This document shows, piece after piece, positions 10,284 through 22,811 of a stretch of DNA of 64,000 bases. Every line of letters starts with the position of its first letter. Position 1 is the stretch's first letter. Below the pieces are notes generated by a model, which was given only the letters and a program-made list of their open reading frames with translations, ran no database searches and was not told the DNA's origin. Made by a program: the position numbers and the translations under genes. Source of the stretch: Candidatus Hydrogenedentota bacterium (GTDB taxonomy: Bacteria > Hydrogenedentota > Hydrogenedentia > Hydrogenedentales > SLHB01); assembly GCA_963745075.1 (NCBI GenBank), contig CAVUWV010000024.1:416001-480000 (forward strand), given 5' to 3'.

Positions 10284-11123
10284 ATGTTTCGACTCGCGAC
10301 TCCATTCATCTTGTCCATTCCTATCGTGATTTACGCACCTGTCGCCCAAGCCTGCACGATCTTCATGGCCGAGGGCGATGGCGTCGTTCTCGCAGGTAAC
10401 AACGAAGACTACTACCTCGACGTAACGTCCATGATGTGGGTGACGAAGGGTAAGAAGGGCGAGCACGGCCGCGTCTGTTTCGGGTTTAAACGAAAACCAT
10501 TCTCCCGGTTCGCGCAAGGCGGTATGAATGACGCCGGTCTATTCTTCGACGCGGCCGTGACCCCCCGCGGTCCGGAACCCGTCGGCGATGGTAAGGCAAA
10601 GGCCCCTTCCAACATGGGGGACCGTATGTTGGCGGAGTGCGCAACGGTCTCAGAAGCCGTCGCTTGGCTCGGAAAGTACAAACTGAATCTATTGCGTGCG
10701 TCCCACTTGCTGCTTGCCGACGCAACGGGGGACGCTGCCGTAGTCGAACTGGTGGACGGCGCCATGAAAGTCTTTCCCAAGGAAGGTTCCTATCAAGTCG
10801 TCACAAACTTTGCCTTGGCGAACCCTGGCGCCGGGAACTATCCGTGCATACGATACGCGATGGCGAACCAGGTACTCGGCGCACACCGCGAGGTTTCCAT
10901 TGAACTGGTTCGTAACATCCTTCAAGGCGCCGCGCTCCCCAGGACGCACATCGACGAGGAGAATCGTGACGGCGGCACGCTATACTCCAACGTGTATGAC
11001 CTCACACACCGCATCGTCCACATTTACCGGGAAAGGGAATTTGATGCGCCAATCGCAATAGACCTGCGCGACTATATCAAACGAGGGAGCAAGACGTATC
11101 GGCTCGACGAACTCTCAGAATAA
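10284..11123 (+). CDS. Ntn-hydrolase (choloylglycine hydrolase/peptidase C45-like)
   Basis: Signal peptide ending AQA then N-terminal Cys (CTIF), LAGNNED, GGMNDAGL, TLYSNVYDL. Confidence 0.82.
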   Translation: MFRLATPFILSIPIVIYAPVAQACTIFMAEGDGVVLAGNNEDYYLDVTSMMWVTKGKKGEHGRVCFGFKRKPFSRFAQGGMNDAGLFFDAAVTPRGPEPVGDGKAKAPSNMGDRMLAECATVSEAVAWLGKYKLNLLRASHLLLADATGDAAVVELVDGAMKVFPKEGSYQVVTNFALANPGAGNYPCIRYAMANQVLGAHREVSIELVRNILQGAALPRTHIDEENRDGGTLYSNVYDLTHRIVHIYREREFDAPIAIDLRDYIKRGSKTYRLDELSE

Positions 11124-11134
11124 ATAATCGGGCT

Positions 11135-11827
11135 TCATTCGTGTAGTTCACCACGCCACTTTCGCAAAAACCGCACGTGCTGGACCGTCTTCATGCGGTA
11201 GTTCTTCCACCAAGAGAATCTTTCGCTGGACGTGCTCACGGCGTGATGCACGATACTACCCGGCACCAGCGCATGTTTAATGCCGTGTTTCTTCAGTGTC
11301 ATCGCGTAATCGTGATCTTGATACCAGAATTCAAACTGTTCATCGAACAGTTCGCACTCTTCGACCACGGATCGGTGCATCACCAGGCACCACCCTGCCA
11401 CCTCCCGCGTGCCGCGATGACCCAGGATGTACTCCTTGTCGGGATCGAGGTTACGCGCGGGATGCCATACCGGCTCCCACGGCGAGAAGGACAGGATGTC
11501 CGGATGCTTCTCATGCACACGCATCAGCGCCGAGAACCAGCCCTCCGTAAACTCCACGTCATTGTTGCTTACCACGATCCACTCGTGCCGGCAATTCAAA
11601 AGTCCCAGATTGAGGAACCGATTGTAGCGGAACCGTTCCTTCGGCACGATGAGGTCAACTTCCGGATAGACAAACCCCTGACGGTGAATTCGCCGGTTCG
11701 ATTCCACGAGATGCACCGCAAATCGAAACGAATCCTCGGACCGGCATAGCGTGTCGATGGCGTGACACGTCATCTCATGTATCGCTTCACTCACGGTGTT
11801 GCTCAGCATGATTACATCGACGTGCAT
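11135..11827 (-). CDS. Glycosyltransferase family 2
   Basis: NLGL, VSNNDVEF, FDEQFEFWYQDHDY, VHHAVS. Confidence 0.82.
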   Translation of the reverse strand: MHVDVIMLSNTVSEAIHEMTCHAIDTLCRSEDSFRFAVHLVESNRRIHRQGFVYPEVDLIVPKERFRYNRFLNLGLLNCRHEWIVVSNNDVEFTEGWFSALMRVHEKHPDILSFSPWEPVWHPARNLDPDKEYILGHRGTREVAGWCLVMHRSVVEECELFDEQFEFWYQDHDYAMTLKKHGIKHALVPGSIVHHAVSTSSERFSWWKNYRMKTVQHVRFLRKWRGELHE

Positions 11828-11987
11828 GCAGGCTGCTCCCTCGTCGTTACAGAACTCGATAGCCGGTCGCAGTATAGCGGAGGCCCTAAACGAATTCCCG
11901 GCATGCCCCCGCCGCCTTGTGTCCGAATCGCGTACCGGTCTCCGTGCGACATTTCGGCGTCAATACCTCGAAAACCGCACGTCATGT

Positions 11988-12017
11988 TTGACTTTTAAGT
12001 GCTGAAATTGCTAAGGT
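11988..12017 (+). promoter_or_regulatory. Putative sigma70 promoter of the trp operon
   Basis: TTGACT-N18-TAAGGT with TG extension, ~80 nt upstream of trpD. Confidence 0.45.
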
Positions 12018-12096
12018 TCGGCGCTTTCGTGGCAGGTTATTCCATGCGTCTTCTTCCCGCGCGAAACGTACACACGACCCCTGGCAAGGCGGCCCC

Positions 12097-13130
<1,034 letters not shown>

Positions 13131-13134
<4 letters not shown>

Positions 13135-13913
13135 TTCTCGACGACATCTGCGCGCACAAACGGGAAGAGGTGGAGGCCCAACGCAAGAAGGTTCCACTCG
13201 TCGAACTGGAAGAGCGCATCGAACAGCGGCGGAAGCCCCGGGGCTTCCGCGACGCCTTGCGCAAGCCGGGTATCAGTCTCATTGCGGAAGTAAAACGCGC
13301 GTCACCCACCATGGGGACCGTCCTGGCTGATGTCGACCCCGCCGAGTTGGCGGGCGTCTACACCCAAGGAGGTGCGCGCGCTGTGAGCGTGTTGACAGAC
13401 GAACGCTTCTTCAGCGGCTCGCTGAACGACCTCACGTCGGTTCATCAGGCCGTTTCCGTGCCCTGCCTGCGCAAGGAATTCGTCATTGACGAGTATCAGA
13501 TTTACGAAGCGCGCGCCGCTGACGCGGATGCCATTCTGCTGATTGTGCGTATCCTGTCGGACAGCCAATTGACCGAGTACCAGAAGCTGGCCCAATCCCT
13601 CGGCATGGGCGTGCTCGTGGAAACCCACGACGCCGACGAAATCGAACGCGCTATGAAGTGCGGAGCGCATATCATTGGGGTTAATAACCGCGACCTGTCC
13701 ACGTTCACCGTCGACATCAACACTACCCTGGCACTGAAGAAGATGGTGCCGGGAGGATACGTGCTCGTCAGCGAGAGCGGCATCCATACGCGGGAACACG
13801 TACGCCGCCTTGAAGACGGCGGCATCGACGCCATCCTCGTCGGCGAAGCGCTGGTCAAGAGCGGCAACATTACCGCCAAAATTCGCGAATTGTTGGGCAA
13901 CGACGAGCGTTAG
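13131..13913 (+). CDS. trpC: Indole-3-glycerol phosphate synthase
   Basis: IAEVKRASP, SVLTDERFFSG, LRKEF, GVNNRDL, VSESGI. Confidence 0.97.
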
Positions 13914-13937
13914 GATGAGTGGGCAGGAGTCTCCGGC

Positions 13938-14576
13938 GTGTCTGACTACGCACCGAAGGTAAAAATTTGCGGTGTCACGACGCGCGACGATGCCCTGGCA
14001 TGCTGTGACGCAGGGGTCGATGCCATCGGCTTCAACTTCGCGCCCGAAGCGAAGAAACGTGGCCGGTATATCGATCCCGACGACGCGTTGGCGATTATCG
14101 ACCAGCTACCACCGTTCGTGTTGAGCGTGGCCGTTTGCGTGAATGAACCGCTGACGCGGATTACGGATTTCTTGTCCTTTGTGGATCGGGTTCAGTTACA
14201 CGGCGAGGAGTCGCCCGAAACCTGCGCGCCCTTCGGGTACCGCGCGATCAAGGTGTTTCGTGCGTCGCCGGAGTTCCGTGTGGAAACAATGTCGCACTAT
14301 CACGTCGGCGCGTATCTCTTGGATGCGTGGGTTCCGGATGCCCGCGGCGGTACCGGCAGGACCGCGGACTGGCAGCTTGCGCGGCAGGCAGTTGAATTGG
14401 GCAAGCCCATCATCCTGGCGGGGGGGCTGACCCCGGCAAACGTGGCCGATGCGGTGCGGCAAGTCCGCCCCTACGGCGTGGACACGGCGGGCGGCGTCGA
14501 ATCGGCGCCCGGAAAGAAAGATCATGCAGCCATTAAAGACTTTGTCCGAAATGCAAAAAGCGTATCCCTATCCTGA
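13938..14576 (+). CDS. trpF: Phosphoribosylanthranilate isomerase
   Basis: [35 protein letters not shown]. Confidence 0.96.
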   Translation: MSDYAPKVKICGVTTRDDALACCDAGVDAIGFNFAPEAKKRGRYIDPDDALAIIDQLPPFVLSVAVCVNEPLTRITDFLSFVDRVQLHGEESPETCAPFGYRAIKVFRASPEFRVETMSHYHVGAYLLDAWVPDARGGTGRTADWQLARQAVELGKPIILAGGLTPANVADAVRQVRPYGVDTAGGVESAPGKKDHAAIKDFVRNAKSVSLS

Positions 14577-15762
14577 CGAGCGGGGACGCTACGGGCAATT
14601 CGGCGGGCGTTACGTCCCCGAGACGCTCATGCATCCGCTGTTGGAACTCGAACGGGCCTATGCGGAGGCGAAGGAGGACCCCGAGTTCCAGTCGGTCCTT
14701 TTGAAATACCAGGCGGACTACGTGGGCCGTCCCACGCCCCTGTACTTCGCCGCGCGGCTCACCGAACACTTCGGCGGCGCCAAGGTGTACCTCAAGCGCG
14801 AAGACCTTGCCCACACGGGCGCGCACAAGATCAACAACGCCCTGGGGCAGGTGTTGCTCGCCAAACGGATGGGCAAGACTCGCATCATCGCCGAAACCGG
14901 TGCGGGGCAGCACGGCGTCGCCACGGCGACGGCCTGCGCCTTGTTGGGGCTCGACTGCGAAATCTACATGGGCACGGAAGACATGGAGCGTCAGGCGCTG
15001 AACGTCTTCCGCATGCGTCTCCTGGGAAGCAAAGTCACCGCCGTTCCCAACGGTACGCGGACCTTGAAAGACGCCATCAACGAGGCCATGCGCGATTGGG
15101 TCTCGAACGTCGGCGATACCCACTACGTGCTCGGTACGGTCGAAGGCCCCCACCCCTATCCGGTGATTTGCCGCGATTTCCAAAGCATCATCGGACGCGA
15201 AGTCCGCGCGCAGATCATGGAACACGAAAACCGCTTACCCGACCTGCTGATTGCCTGCGTCGGTGGCGGCAGTAACGCCATCGGGCTCTTCTTCGATTTC
15301 ATTCTGGAAGAACAGATCAAAATGATTGGCGTCGAAGCCGGGGGATACGGTCCCGAGACCGGCAAACACGCAGCTCGCTTCGCCGGAGGCGTCGTGGGCA
15401 TGCTGCACGGCGCAATGAGCTACGTGCTCCAGGATACCGACGGCCAGATCATGGGGACCCACAGCGTCTCTGCCGGTCTCGATTATCCCAGCATCGGTCC
15501 CGAGCACGCCTACTGGCGCAGCATCGGCCGCGTCGAATATGCATACGCCAAGGACGACGAGGCCCTGGAAGCCTTCCAACTGATCAGCCGCCTCGAAGGG
15601 ATTATCCCGGCCCTCGAGAGCGCCCACGCCATCGCCCATGCGGCCAAAGTCGTTCCCAAAATGTCCAAGGACGAAATCGTGATCGTCAACATGTCCGGGC
15701 GCGGCGACAAAGACGTGCAGCAGGCCGCCCGGTTCATTCTGGGCGAGGAGGAAAAGTCGTGA
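14551..15762 (+). CDS. trpB: Tryptophan synthase beta chain
   Basis: [44 protein letters not shown]. Confidence 0.98.
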   Translation: MQKAYPYPDERGRYGQFGGRYVPETLMHPLLELERAYAEAKEDPEFQSVLLKYQADYVGRPTPLYFAARLTEHFGGAKVYLKREDLAHTGAHKINNALGQVLLAKRMGKTRIIAETGAGQHGVATATACALLGLDCEIYMGTEDMERQALNVFRMRLLGSKVTAVPNGTRTLKDAINEAMRDWVSNVGDTHYVLGTVEGPHPYPVICRDFQSIIGREVRAQIMEHENRLPDLLIACVGGGSNAIGLFFDFILEEQIKMIGVEAGGYGPETGKHAARFAGGVVGMLHGAMSYVLQDTDGQIMGTHSVSAGLDYPSIGPEHAYWRSIGRVEYAYAKDDEALEAFQLISRLEGIIPALESAHAIAHAAKVVPKMSKDEIVIVNMSGRGDKDVQQAARFILGEEEKS

Positions 15763-16577
15763 ACCGTATCGACGCCCGATTCAAATGGTTGGCCGAACAA
15801 GGGCACTCCGCCTTCATTCCCTACATCACAGCCGGCGATCCGACCCTGGACATGACCGCCAAGGTCGTGCTCGAATTGGAAAAGGCCGGCGCCGATGTGA
15901 TCGAATTGGGCATTCCCTTCTCCGACCCCATCGCGGACGGCGTCGTGAACCAGGAGGCCGCATTTCGAGCGCTCAAACACCATGTCAGCCTGCACGACGT
16001 GGTGAAGATGGTCGGGGACCTGCGGAAATCCACCGAGATTCCCTTGCTGCTCTTCACGTATTACAATCCCGTGCTGGCCTACGGCGTTGAAGCCTTTGCC
16101 AAGGATTGCAGAGCGGCTGGAGTCGACGGCGTCTTGTGCGTGGACCTGCCTCCAGAGGAAGATACCGCGTATAAGCGCTGCCTCGACGAAGCGGGCATCG
16201 CGACCGTGTTTCTCATCGCCCCGACCAGCACGGACGACCGCATCGAACTGCTGGCCAAGAGTTCGACCGGCTTCGTCTACTACGTGTCCCGTACCGGCGT
16301 AACCGGAGTCCGTGCCGCCATGGAAACGAGCGTCAAAGGCATGGTCGACAGGATCAAGCAACATACAAAGACGCCCGTCGCCGTCGGGTTCGGCATCTCG
16401 AAACCGGAACACGCTGCCGAAGTGGCCGGGTACGCCGACGGCGTTATCGTAGGCAGCGCCATCGTCCGGATGATAGGGGAGTTGGGGGAGTCGCCGAACA
16501 TGCCGGAGAAGGTGGGGGCCTTCGTGAAGTCCCTCGCGGATGCAACCAAGTCGGGAAAGGCAAAGGCACCTGCTTGA
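15759..16577 (+). CDS. trpA: Tryptophan synthase alpha chain
   Basis: [41 protein letters not shown]. Confidence 0.98.
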   Translation: MNRIDARFKWLAEQGHSAFIPYITAGDPTLDMTAKVVLELEKAGADVIELGIPFSDPIADGVVNQEAAFRALKHHVSLHDVVKMVGDLRKSTEIPLLLFTYYNPVLAYGVEAFAKDCRAAGVDGVLCVDLPPEEDTAYKRCLDEAGIATVFLIAPTSTDDRIELLAKSSTGFVYYVSRTGVTGVRAAMETSVKGMVDRIKQHTKTPVAVGFGISKPEHAAEVAGYADGVIVGSAIVRMIGELGESPNMPEKVGAFVKSLADATKSGKAKAPA

Positions 16578-16608
16578 GGTGCGGCTCAAGCACTTCATTG
16601 GGGAAAAC

Positions 16609-17484
16609 ATGAACACAAACGATCTCGACCTCCAAACGCTGGATACGCTGTTCTACATCGTCTCCTTTGTCACGGGCGCCATGGTGGGCAGCTTCCTGAA
16701 CGTCTGCGTGTACCGTCTCCCGGCCGGCTTGTCCGTGGTGTCGCCGCGCTCGCGGTGTCCGAAATGCGAATCGCCCATCGCCTGGTACGACAACATCCCG
16801 ATGGTGAGCTGGTTGCTGCTGGGCGCAAAATGCCGCAACTGCAAAGCGCCCATCAGTTGGCAGTATCCGCTCGTCGAAGGCATTACCGCGCTCTTGTTTC
16901 TTGCTGTCTATTGGCGGTTCGGCCTTCATCTGGCAACCCCCATTTACATGCTCCTGGCCGCCTCCATGGTCCTGGTGACGTTCGTCGACCTCACCGACTG
17001 GACGATCCCGAATGAAGTGACGCTCCCCGGCATTCCCATTGGCGTCGTTTGCGCCCTCCTCGCCATGTTCTATCCCCATAGCGGTCTTTTCGTGTTAGGC
17101 GGTTTCGATCCCATCTTCAATTCGTTGATCGGGCTCTTCGTGGGCGGCGGCATTCTGTATGCCCTCGACAAAATCACCATGATCGTCCTGAAAAAACGCG
17201 GTATGGGATTCGGCGACGTAAAACTGCTCGCCATGTTGGGCGCATTCTTCGGATACCCCGGTGTTATCCTTATCATCATGATCGCATCGCTCATCGGTAG
17301 CGTGGTCGGCATTGCGATGGTCGCCGCGCAGCGCGGCCAGAAGAGTCTCGAAACCGAGGAGGGCGAGCAGACCGGCCATTACCTGCCGTTCGGCCCGTAT
17401 CTCGCCCTCGGCGGCGTCCTGGTGATGTTGTTCGGGCTCGACATTTACAACTGGTACTTCAGCTATTTCAGTCTGACGCAGTAA
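16609..17484 (+). CDS. pilD: Prepilin peptidase (A24)
   Basis: GSFLNVCVYRLP, two CxxC, GMGFGDVKL, LPFGPYLA. Confidence 0.94.
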   Translation: MNTNDLDLQTLDTLFYIVSFVTGAMVGSFLNVCVYRLPAGLSVVSPRSRCPKCESPIAWYDNIPMVSWLLLGAKCRNCKAPISWQYPLVEGITALLFLAVYWRFGLHLATPIYMLLAASMVLVTFVDLTDWTIPNEVTLPGIPIGVVCALLAMFYPHSGLFVLGGFDPIFNSLIGLFVGGGILYALDKITMIVLKKRGMGFGDVKLLAMLGAFFGYPGVILIIMIASLIGSVVGIAMVAAQRGQKSLETEEGEQTGHYLPFGPYLALGGVLVMLFGLDIYNWYFSYFSLTQ

Positions 17485-17499
17485 GAGGAGACTCTAGTC

Positions 17500-18675
17500 T
17501 TGCTACGGTTCTTGACAGCGGGCGAATCCCATGGCCGCGGGGTGTTTTGCATGATGGACGGGTTTCCCGCCGGACTCCGGGTCCAACCCGACGACATCAA
17601 CTTCTGGCTCGCGGAACGTCAAAAAGGTTACGGCCGCGGCGGTCGCCAACGGATCGAGAAAGACGAAGTCGACATGCTCGCAGGCATGCGCGGCGGCATC
17701 ACCTTGGGCGGACCCATCCTCATGGCCGTCTGGAACCGCGACTTCAAAAACTGGACCGATGCCATGGATCCCTGGATGCCGTCGAAAGGGTCCCGCGCTA
17801 CGAAAATCGTCGAACCCCGCCCCGGCCACGCGGACCTGGTCGGCGCGATGAAATATGAACACGACGACTGCCGCAATGTGCTCGAGCGCGCGTCCGCACG
17901 GGAAACCGCCGGTCGCGTGGCGGCAGGAGCGCTGTGCCGGAAACTCCTCGCCGAGTTCGGCGTCGACATGGCCGCCCACGTCACCCGCATCGGAAACGTG
18001 GCGGCGAAGACCGATAAGGTCGCATCGGAAGACATCCACAAATTATCCATGAAGTCTCCGGTACGATGCTGCGACAAAGCGGCCGGCGCGAAGATGATCG
18101 ACGCCATCAAAAAGGCCAAGCGGGAAAAGGACTCCCTCGGCGGGGAAGTCGAAGTCCGCGCATGGGGTCTGCCGCCCGGCGTCGGCACCTTCGTGCAGTG
18201 GGATCGCAAGCTCGACGCCCGGATCGCACAGGCCATGTTGAGCATTCAGGCGGTCAAAGGCGTCGACGTGGGCATCGGCTTTCGCGGCGCCTCCCGTCCC
18301 GGAAGCAAGTACCACGACGAGATCGTGTTTTCCGATGAAGAACGCATTGGCGGGCACTACCGACGCCTGAGCAACAACCTCGGCGGCACCGAAGGCAGCA
18401 TGACCACCGGCGAAGACTTGGTGGTCCGCGTTGCCAAGAAACCCATTTCCACCCTCATGAAGCCGCTCCGCAGTGTCAACATGGAGACCCGCGAACCGGC
18501 CCTCGCCGTGCTCGAACGCAGCGACACCTGCGCCGTTCCCGCGTTGGCCATCATTGTCGAGTGCGCGCTCGCCATCGTCCTGGCGGAATTCTTTATCGAA
18601 AAATTCGGTGGTGACACGGTCAATGAGATGAAGCGCAATTTCGATGCCTACATCGCCTCCGTCAACCAACGATGA
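17500..18675 (+). CDS. aroC: Chorismate synthase
   Basis: TAGESHG, PRPGHAD, ERASARETA, NNLGGTEG, ERSDTC. Confidence 0.97.
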   Translation: MLRFLTAGESHGRGVFCMMDGFPAGLRVQPDDINFWLAERQKGYGRGGRQRIEKDEVDMLAGMRGGITLGGPILMAVWNRDFKNWTDAMDPWMPSKGSRATKIVEPRPGHADLVGAMKYEHDDCRNVLERASARETAGRVAAGALCRKLLAEFGVDMAAHVTRIGNVAAKTDKVASEDIHKLSMKSPVRCCDKAAGAKMIDAIKKAKREKDSLGGEVEVRAWGLPPGVGTFVQWDRKLDARIAQAMLSIQAVKGVDVGIGFRGASRPGSKYHDEIVFSDEERIGGHYRRLSNNLGGTEGSMTTGEDLVVRVAKKPISTLMKPLRSVNMETREPALAVLERSDTCAVPALAIIVECALAIVLAEFFIEKFGGDTVNEMKRNFDAYIASVNQR

Positions 18676-19667
18676 CGGGGACGCTCGGGACGGCAGACGT
18701 TTTCCCGATCGCCCTGCCTACGCCCTTTCTCGTCGGACCGGTGAACGCCTATCTCGTCCGCGGCGATCGATTGACCCTCATCGATACCGGACCCGCGACG
18801 GACAGCGCCTACGAAACCCTCGTCGCAGGATTGCGCGCGCATCACGTGCAGCCTTCCGATTTGGAAGCCATTCTGGTGACCCACGGTCACGTGGACCACG
18901 TCGGAAATCTCGCGCGATTGGTCGAGGAATCCGGTGCTACCGCCTACGGCCATGACAGCGCCGCCGTACGTCCGGAAGACTGGGATGCAAAAGAGCAACG
19001 GTCCCATGAGTTCATACTTGCTTCGCTGAAGTCTTTCGGTGCTCCCCAGTCCATTCTGGACGCCACCACCCAGACCCGCGCCGGGTTCAAGTCGATGGCA
19101 TCGCATGTGCCCCTGGATCACCTGCTTGAACATGAAGACCGCGCTCTCGAGTTCTCCGTACACCATGTCCCGGGCCACTCCGCGTCGGACACGCTGTATG
19201 TCAACGATGCGAGCGGTATAGCGTTCACCGGCGACCACCTGCTGAGACGCGTCAGCCCGACCCCCTTGCTCCGGGCAGCGGAAGATGGCAAAAGCCGCGC
19301 GCGGAGCCTGCTCGAATATCAGAAATCGCTCGCGTACACGCGGGCGCTCCCTATCACGACCTGCTATCCGGGTCATGGCGAGCCATTCACCAGCCACGCC
19401 GCCGTGATTGACCGGTGGCTGGCCCGCTTGGAAAAGCGTACGGCAAAGGTTTTGGAGTTCCTGAACGATGGGCCGTTGACCCCTATGGACGTCTGCTCGC
19501 GGCTGTATCCCGACCTGAACAGCGAAACCGTGTACATCGGACTGGCCGTTGCCATCGGCCACCTCGACGTCCTCGAAGTCCGGGGCCATGTCACTTGCCA
19601 TCAGACCAACGGTGTTTTACGCTACGAGGTTGTGAAGGAAACCATCGACAAGAGGCAAACACCGTGA
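18672..19667 (+). CDS. MBL-fold metallo-hydrolase
   Basis: LIDTG, THGHVDHVG, PGHS, TGDH, PGHG. Confidence 0.9.
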   Translation: MTGTLGTADVFPIALPTPFLVGPVNAYLVRGDRLTLIDTGPATDSAYETLVAGLRAHHVQPSDLEAILVTHGHVDHVGNLARLVEESGATAYGHDSAAVRPEDWDAKEQRSHEFILASLKSFGAPQSILDATTQTRAGFKSMASHVPLDHLLEHEDRALEFSVHHVPGHSASDTLYVNDASGIAFTGDHLLRRVSPTPLLRAAEDGKSRARSLLEYQKSLAYTRALPITTCYPGHGEPFTSHAAVIDRWLARLEKRTAKVLEFLNDGPLTPMDVCSRLYPDLNSETVYIGLAVAIGHLDVLEVRGHVTCHQTNGVLRYEVVKETIDKRQTP

Positions 19668-20749
19668 ATCGAGACCGACTTGGACCTATCCGTTTTCACG
19701 AGCAGTACTTTGAGCGCATCTGGGGCGGCCGGCGATTGGAATCCATGTTCGGGAAGAAACTCCCGGCTGATGTTCCCATCGGCGAAGCGTGGATGATTTC
19801 GGACCATCCCAGCGCGGAAAGCGTCGTCGCCGAAGGTCCGTTCCAGGGAAGGACCCTGCACGCGCTCCTGGACGATGATGCCGAAGCCATTCTCGGCTCG
19901 CGCGCCCGCCTCACCATTCACGGGAGATTTCCGCTCCTCCTGAAGATTCTCGATTCCACCGACTGGCTGTCCGTTCAGGTGCATCCCGACGACCCCTGCG
20001 CGACGCGCCTGGGCGAACCCGACGTCGGCAAGACCGAAATGTGGCACGTATTGCACGCCGACCCGGGCAGTCAACTCATCTGCGGATTGGACCCTCGCGT
20101 CAACGCCGACGAGTTCATCGATGCGGCCCGGAATGGCCAACTCGATGAATTGCTGCCACGATTTCAAGTCGTTCCCGGCGACTCGGTGTTCGTCCGCGCC
20201 GGTACCGTGCATGCCATCGGGGCCGGCATCGTGCTCGCCGAAATCCAGCAAAACAGCGACCTCACCTATCGCATTTTCGACTGGAACCGTGTCGATTCAT
20301 CCGGCGTAGCACGCGCCCTGCACCTGGACCAGTCACGCGAGGCGACCCACTTCGGGTCGGGGCATGGCGGTAAAGCGGTCCCTCTCAAACTTCTCGACGG
20401 ACCCGACGGGGGAGAGCGCTCTATGCTCGCCGCGTGCGAATACTTCGCCGCCGAGCGTGTCCGATTCGCATCGAAATGGCGGCGCCAGATCCGCGCCGAG
20501 TCCTTCCACCAGATCCTTTGCATCGACGGCAATGCCCGAATCGGCGCCGGCGCCGGCGCTGCTGACCTCGAACCCGGCCTCGCCTGCCTCATTCCAGGAA
20601 GCCTGCCCGAGTTTGTCGTGGAAGGGACCGGTACCATTCTCGATTACTACGTGCCCGACCTCACAAGCGATGTCGAAGTGCCACTCCGGGCCGCCGGTCA
20701 CGCGGACGCCCTGGTCCAGAGTCTTCCAGGCAAACGGCCGACAGCGTAA
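19664..20749 (+). CDS. manA: Type I mannose-6-phosphate isomerase
   Basis: ERIWGG, GEAW, FPLLLKILD, LSVQVHPDD, GKTEMW, EIQQNSDLTYRIFDW. Confidence 0.92.
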   Translation: MNRDRLGPIRFHEQYFERIWGGRRLESMFGKKLPADVPIGEAWMISDHPSAESVVAEGPFQGRTLHALLDDDAEAILGSRARLTIHGRFPLLLKILDSTDWLSVQVHPDDPCATRLGEPDVGKTEMWHVLHADPGSQLICGLDPRVNADEFIDAARNGQLDELLPRFQVVPGDSVFVRAGTVHAIGAGIVLAEIQQNSDLTYRIFDWNRVDSSGVARALHLDQSREATHFGSGHGGKAVPLKLLDGPDGGERSMLAACEYFAAERVRFASKWRRQIRAESFHQILCIDGNARIGAGAGAADLEPGLACLIPGSLPEFVVEGTGTILDYYVPDLTSDVEVPLRAAGHADALVQSLPGKRPTA

Positions 20750-20910
20750 ACGGAATTGACGCCCACCCCAATAATCCGGACCTCTTGCACCCGCATCTGT
20801 CTCATATTGGAACGCACTGGCTCTTTCTTCCCATTGACTACTACCTTACTGACAAATCAAAGTTTAATGGTGCTCGGTTAGCTTGAATGCCAAGGGCAGG
20901 AAGGTCAGCG

Positions 20911-21510
20911 ATGCGGCGCGAGGATGCAAAGCTGGTCCAGCTCTGCCTGGACGGTGACACGGAAGCATTCGGCCGGCTCGTCGATTTCTACCAAGGCGCG
21001 GTCTACGCCACGGCCTATTATTACGTCGGCCGACACGGCGCGGCGGAAGACATCGCTCAGGAGTCCTTCCTGCAGGCCTATCGAAGCCTGCGCCGGTTGC
21101 GTGACCCAAACCGATTTGGTCCGTGGGTCCGCGAAATCACCTGCCGGACCGCTGCCAACTGGCTCCGAAAACACGCGCCGCGGTTGAAGCACGAAACCCC
21201 GCTGCCGCATAAGCGAACCGTTTCCATCGAGGATGCCCGGCAAGGGCCCGCGGCCCGGCTCGAACGGCTCGAGCAATACGACCGCGTTCGCCAGGCAATC
21301 GACGAATTGCCCGAGCGGTACCGGCCGGTGGTGGTGCTACGGTACCTCCAGGAACTGAGCTACCAGGAGATTGGCGATTTTACCGGCGATAGTGTCGACG
21401 AGGTTCGCGCCATTTTGCAGCGCGCGGGCCGGATGTTGCGAGACTTGCTCGTCGGAGATAAGACCGAATTGGATGAGGATAATCGGCAGTGGCCTCGTGC
21501 ACGCGAATAG
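20911..21510 (+). CDS. ECF RNA polymerase sigma factor
   Basis: AEDIAQESFLQAY region 2; LPERYRPVVVLRYLQELSYQEIG region 4. Confidence 0.93.
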   Translation: MRREDAKLVQLCLDGDTEAFGRLVDFYQGAVYATAYYYVGRHGAAEDIAQESFLQAYRSLRRLRDPNRFGPWVREITCRTAANWLRKHAPRLKHETPLPHKRTVSIEDARQGPAARLERLEQYDRVRQAIDELPERYRPVVVLRYLQELSYQEIGDFTGDSVDEVRAILQRAGRMLRDLLVGDKTELDEDNRQWPRARE

Positions 21511-22811
21511 AGAATAGCCTCCAAACCCGGATCGACGGCGAACTCGGCGATGCGGAGCGCGTGATTCTCGAACAGCATATCGCCGAGTGTCCCCACTGCG
21601 CCCAGTTGCTGCGCGACCATCAGTGGCTTTCCGCCCTGTTGTTCGAAGCCTTCTCCGTCGATCGGCTGACGCACCCGATCCGGCAGGCAGTCTTGGAACG
21701 GCTCCCCGAAATGGAAGTTCCGCCTCCCGAAATCGAGGATCTCAACTGGCGTGCCAAGCATCCCAACAAATGGTCCCATCGTATGGCGCACGTGGTCCCG
21801 GTGGCCGCGGTGGCTATCCTCGTATTCCTGACCATTATCCTGCGGTTCAGCTATCCGGACGACCCGTCCTATTTCAACGTGTACCGGCCCGAACGGCCAG
21901 CCGTGGGGGTTGTCACCCAGTTGCATGGCGAACCCATGCGAATTGCCCTGGAAGAAACACGCCGGATGCCGACCGCTTTGACAACCTTGGCCCGTCCCGG
22001 CGACCGCTTTGAAACGACCGCAGGCACCCAAATGATGCTGTCGCTCGCGGGGCCCACACTGGTGAAGCTGGACGAAAACACTCGGCTCAAGGTGTCCGAC
22101 GCTCGTCGGCTCAGTGTCGAGAGCGGGACTATCTGGCTCGATGTCGCCCACGATGGCAGTCTCTTCAAAGTACTGACCCCCGCCGGGATGGTTACCGTAT
22201 TTGGCACGGTCTTCAGCGTCCGCGTGGACGGCGATCGGATGACCGTAACGGTTGAATCCGGCCATGTCCAGGTAGAAAGCGGCGAGCATTTGTACCAGTT
22301 GCACGACAACCAGCAGGTCATGGTCAGCCCATCGGAAGCGCCTGCCGGACCGCATGAAGTCGACGCTTCGGAAGTTCATCGCTGGGCCGCTGCCATCCAA
22401 CCGGACCAGACGGCACAAGCGTTCTTTGAGGAAATCGTCGATGAATCGGCGAACTCGGAGGAACTCCCCGGTCGAATCGCCTTTGTGATCGACACCTTAC
22501 AGGACGGTCGGACCAGCGAAGTCGATGCCATCAGGATTTATTGGGATACCAACAACTTGCCCGAAAATGGCGCTTCGTACGACGTGACGGTTTCTGACGG
22601 GTCGGGACGCTTGCTTCGCCAGGCACGCCTGACCGCCGACCTTATCCGAAACCGAAAGGACGGATACTTCGATGTGATTCTGGATGAACCGATTCGACGG
22701 GTCCGCACACTCGTCGTTCGACTGATCCCCGATCTGAAATCAGGGCTGGAGGAAATCGATTCGTTCGAAGTGAAAGCGCGGACACGAGCCGAACAGTTGA
22801 AGCTCCAATAG
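21489..22811 (+). CDS. Anti-sigma factor (zf-HC2 + TM + FecR-like domain)
   Basis: HIAECPHC zinc motif, TM helix, TPAGMVTVFGTVFSV...VTVESGHV FecR-like segment; overlaps ECF gene. Confidence 0.85.
   Translation: MASCTRIENSLQTRIDGELGDAERVILEQHIAECPHCAQLLRDHQWLSALLFEAFSVDRLTHPIRQAVLERLPEMEVPPPEIEDLNWRAKHPNKWSHRMAHVVPVAAVAILVFLTIILRFSYPDDPSYFNVYRPERPAVGVVTQLHGEPMRIALEETRRMPTALTTLARPGDRFETTAGTQMMLSLAGPTLVKLDENTRLKVSDARRLSVESGTIWLDVAHDGSLFKVLTPAGMVTVFGTVFSVRVDGDRMTVTVESGHVQVESGEHLYQLHDNQQVMVSPSEAPAGPHEVDASEVHRWAAAIQPDQTAQAFFEEIVDESANSEELPGRIAFVIDTLQDGRTSEVDAIRIYWDTNNLPENGASYDVTVSDGSGRLLRQARLTADLIRNRKDGYFDVILDEPIRRVRTLVVRLIPDLKSGLEEIDSFEVKARTRAEQLKLQ

Noticed and set aside
12020..12096. trp attenuator/leader peptide
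   Set aside because: No Trp-codon leader ORF or terminator hairpin visible.
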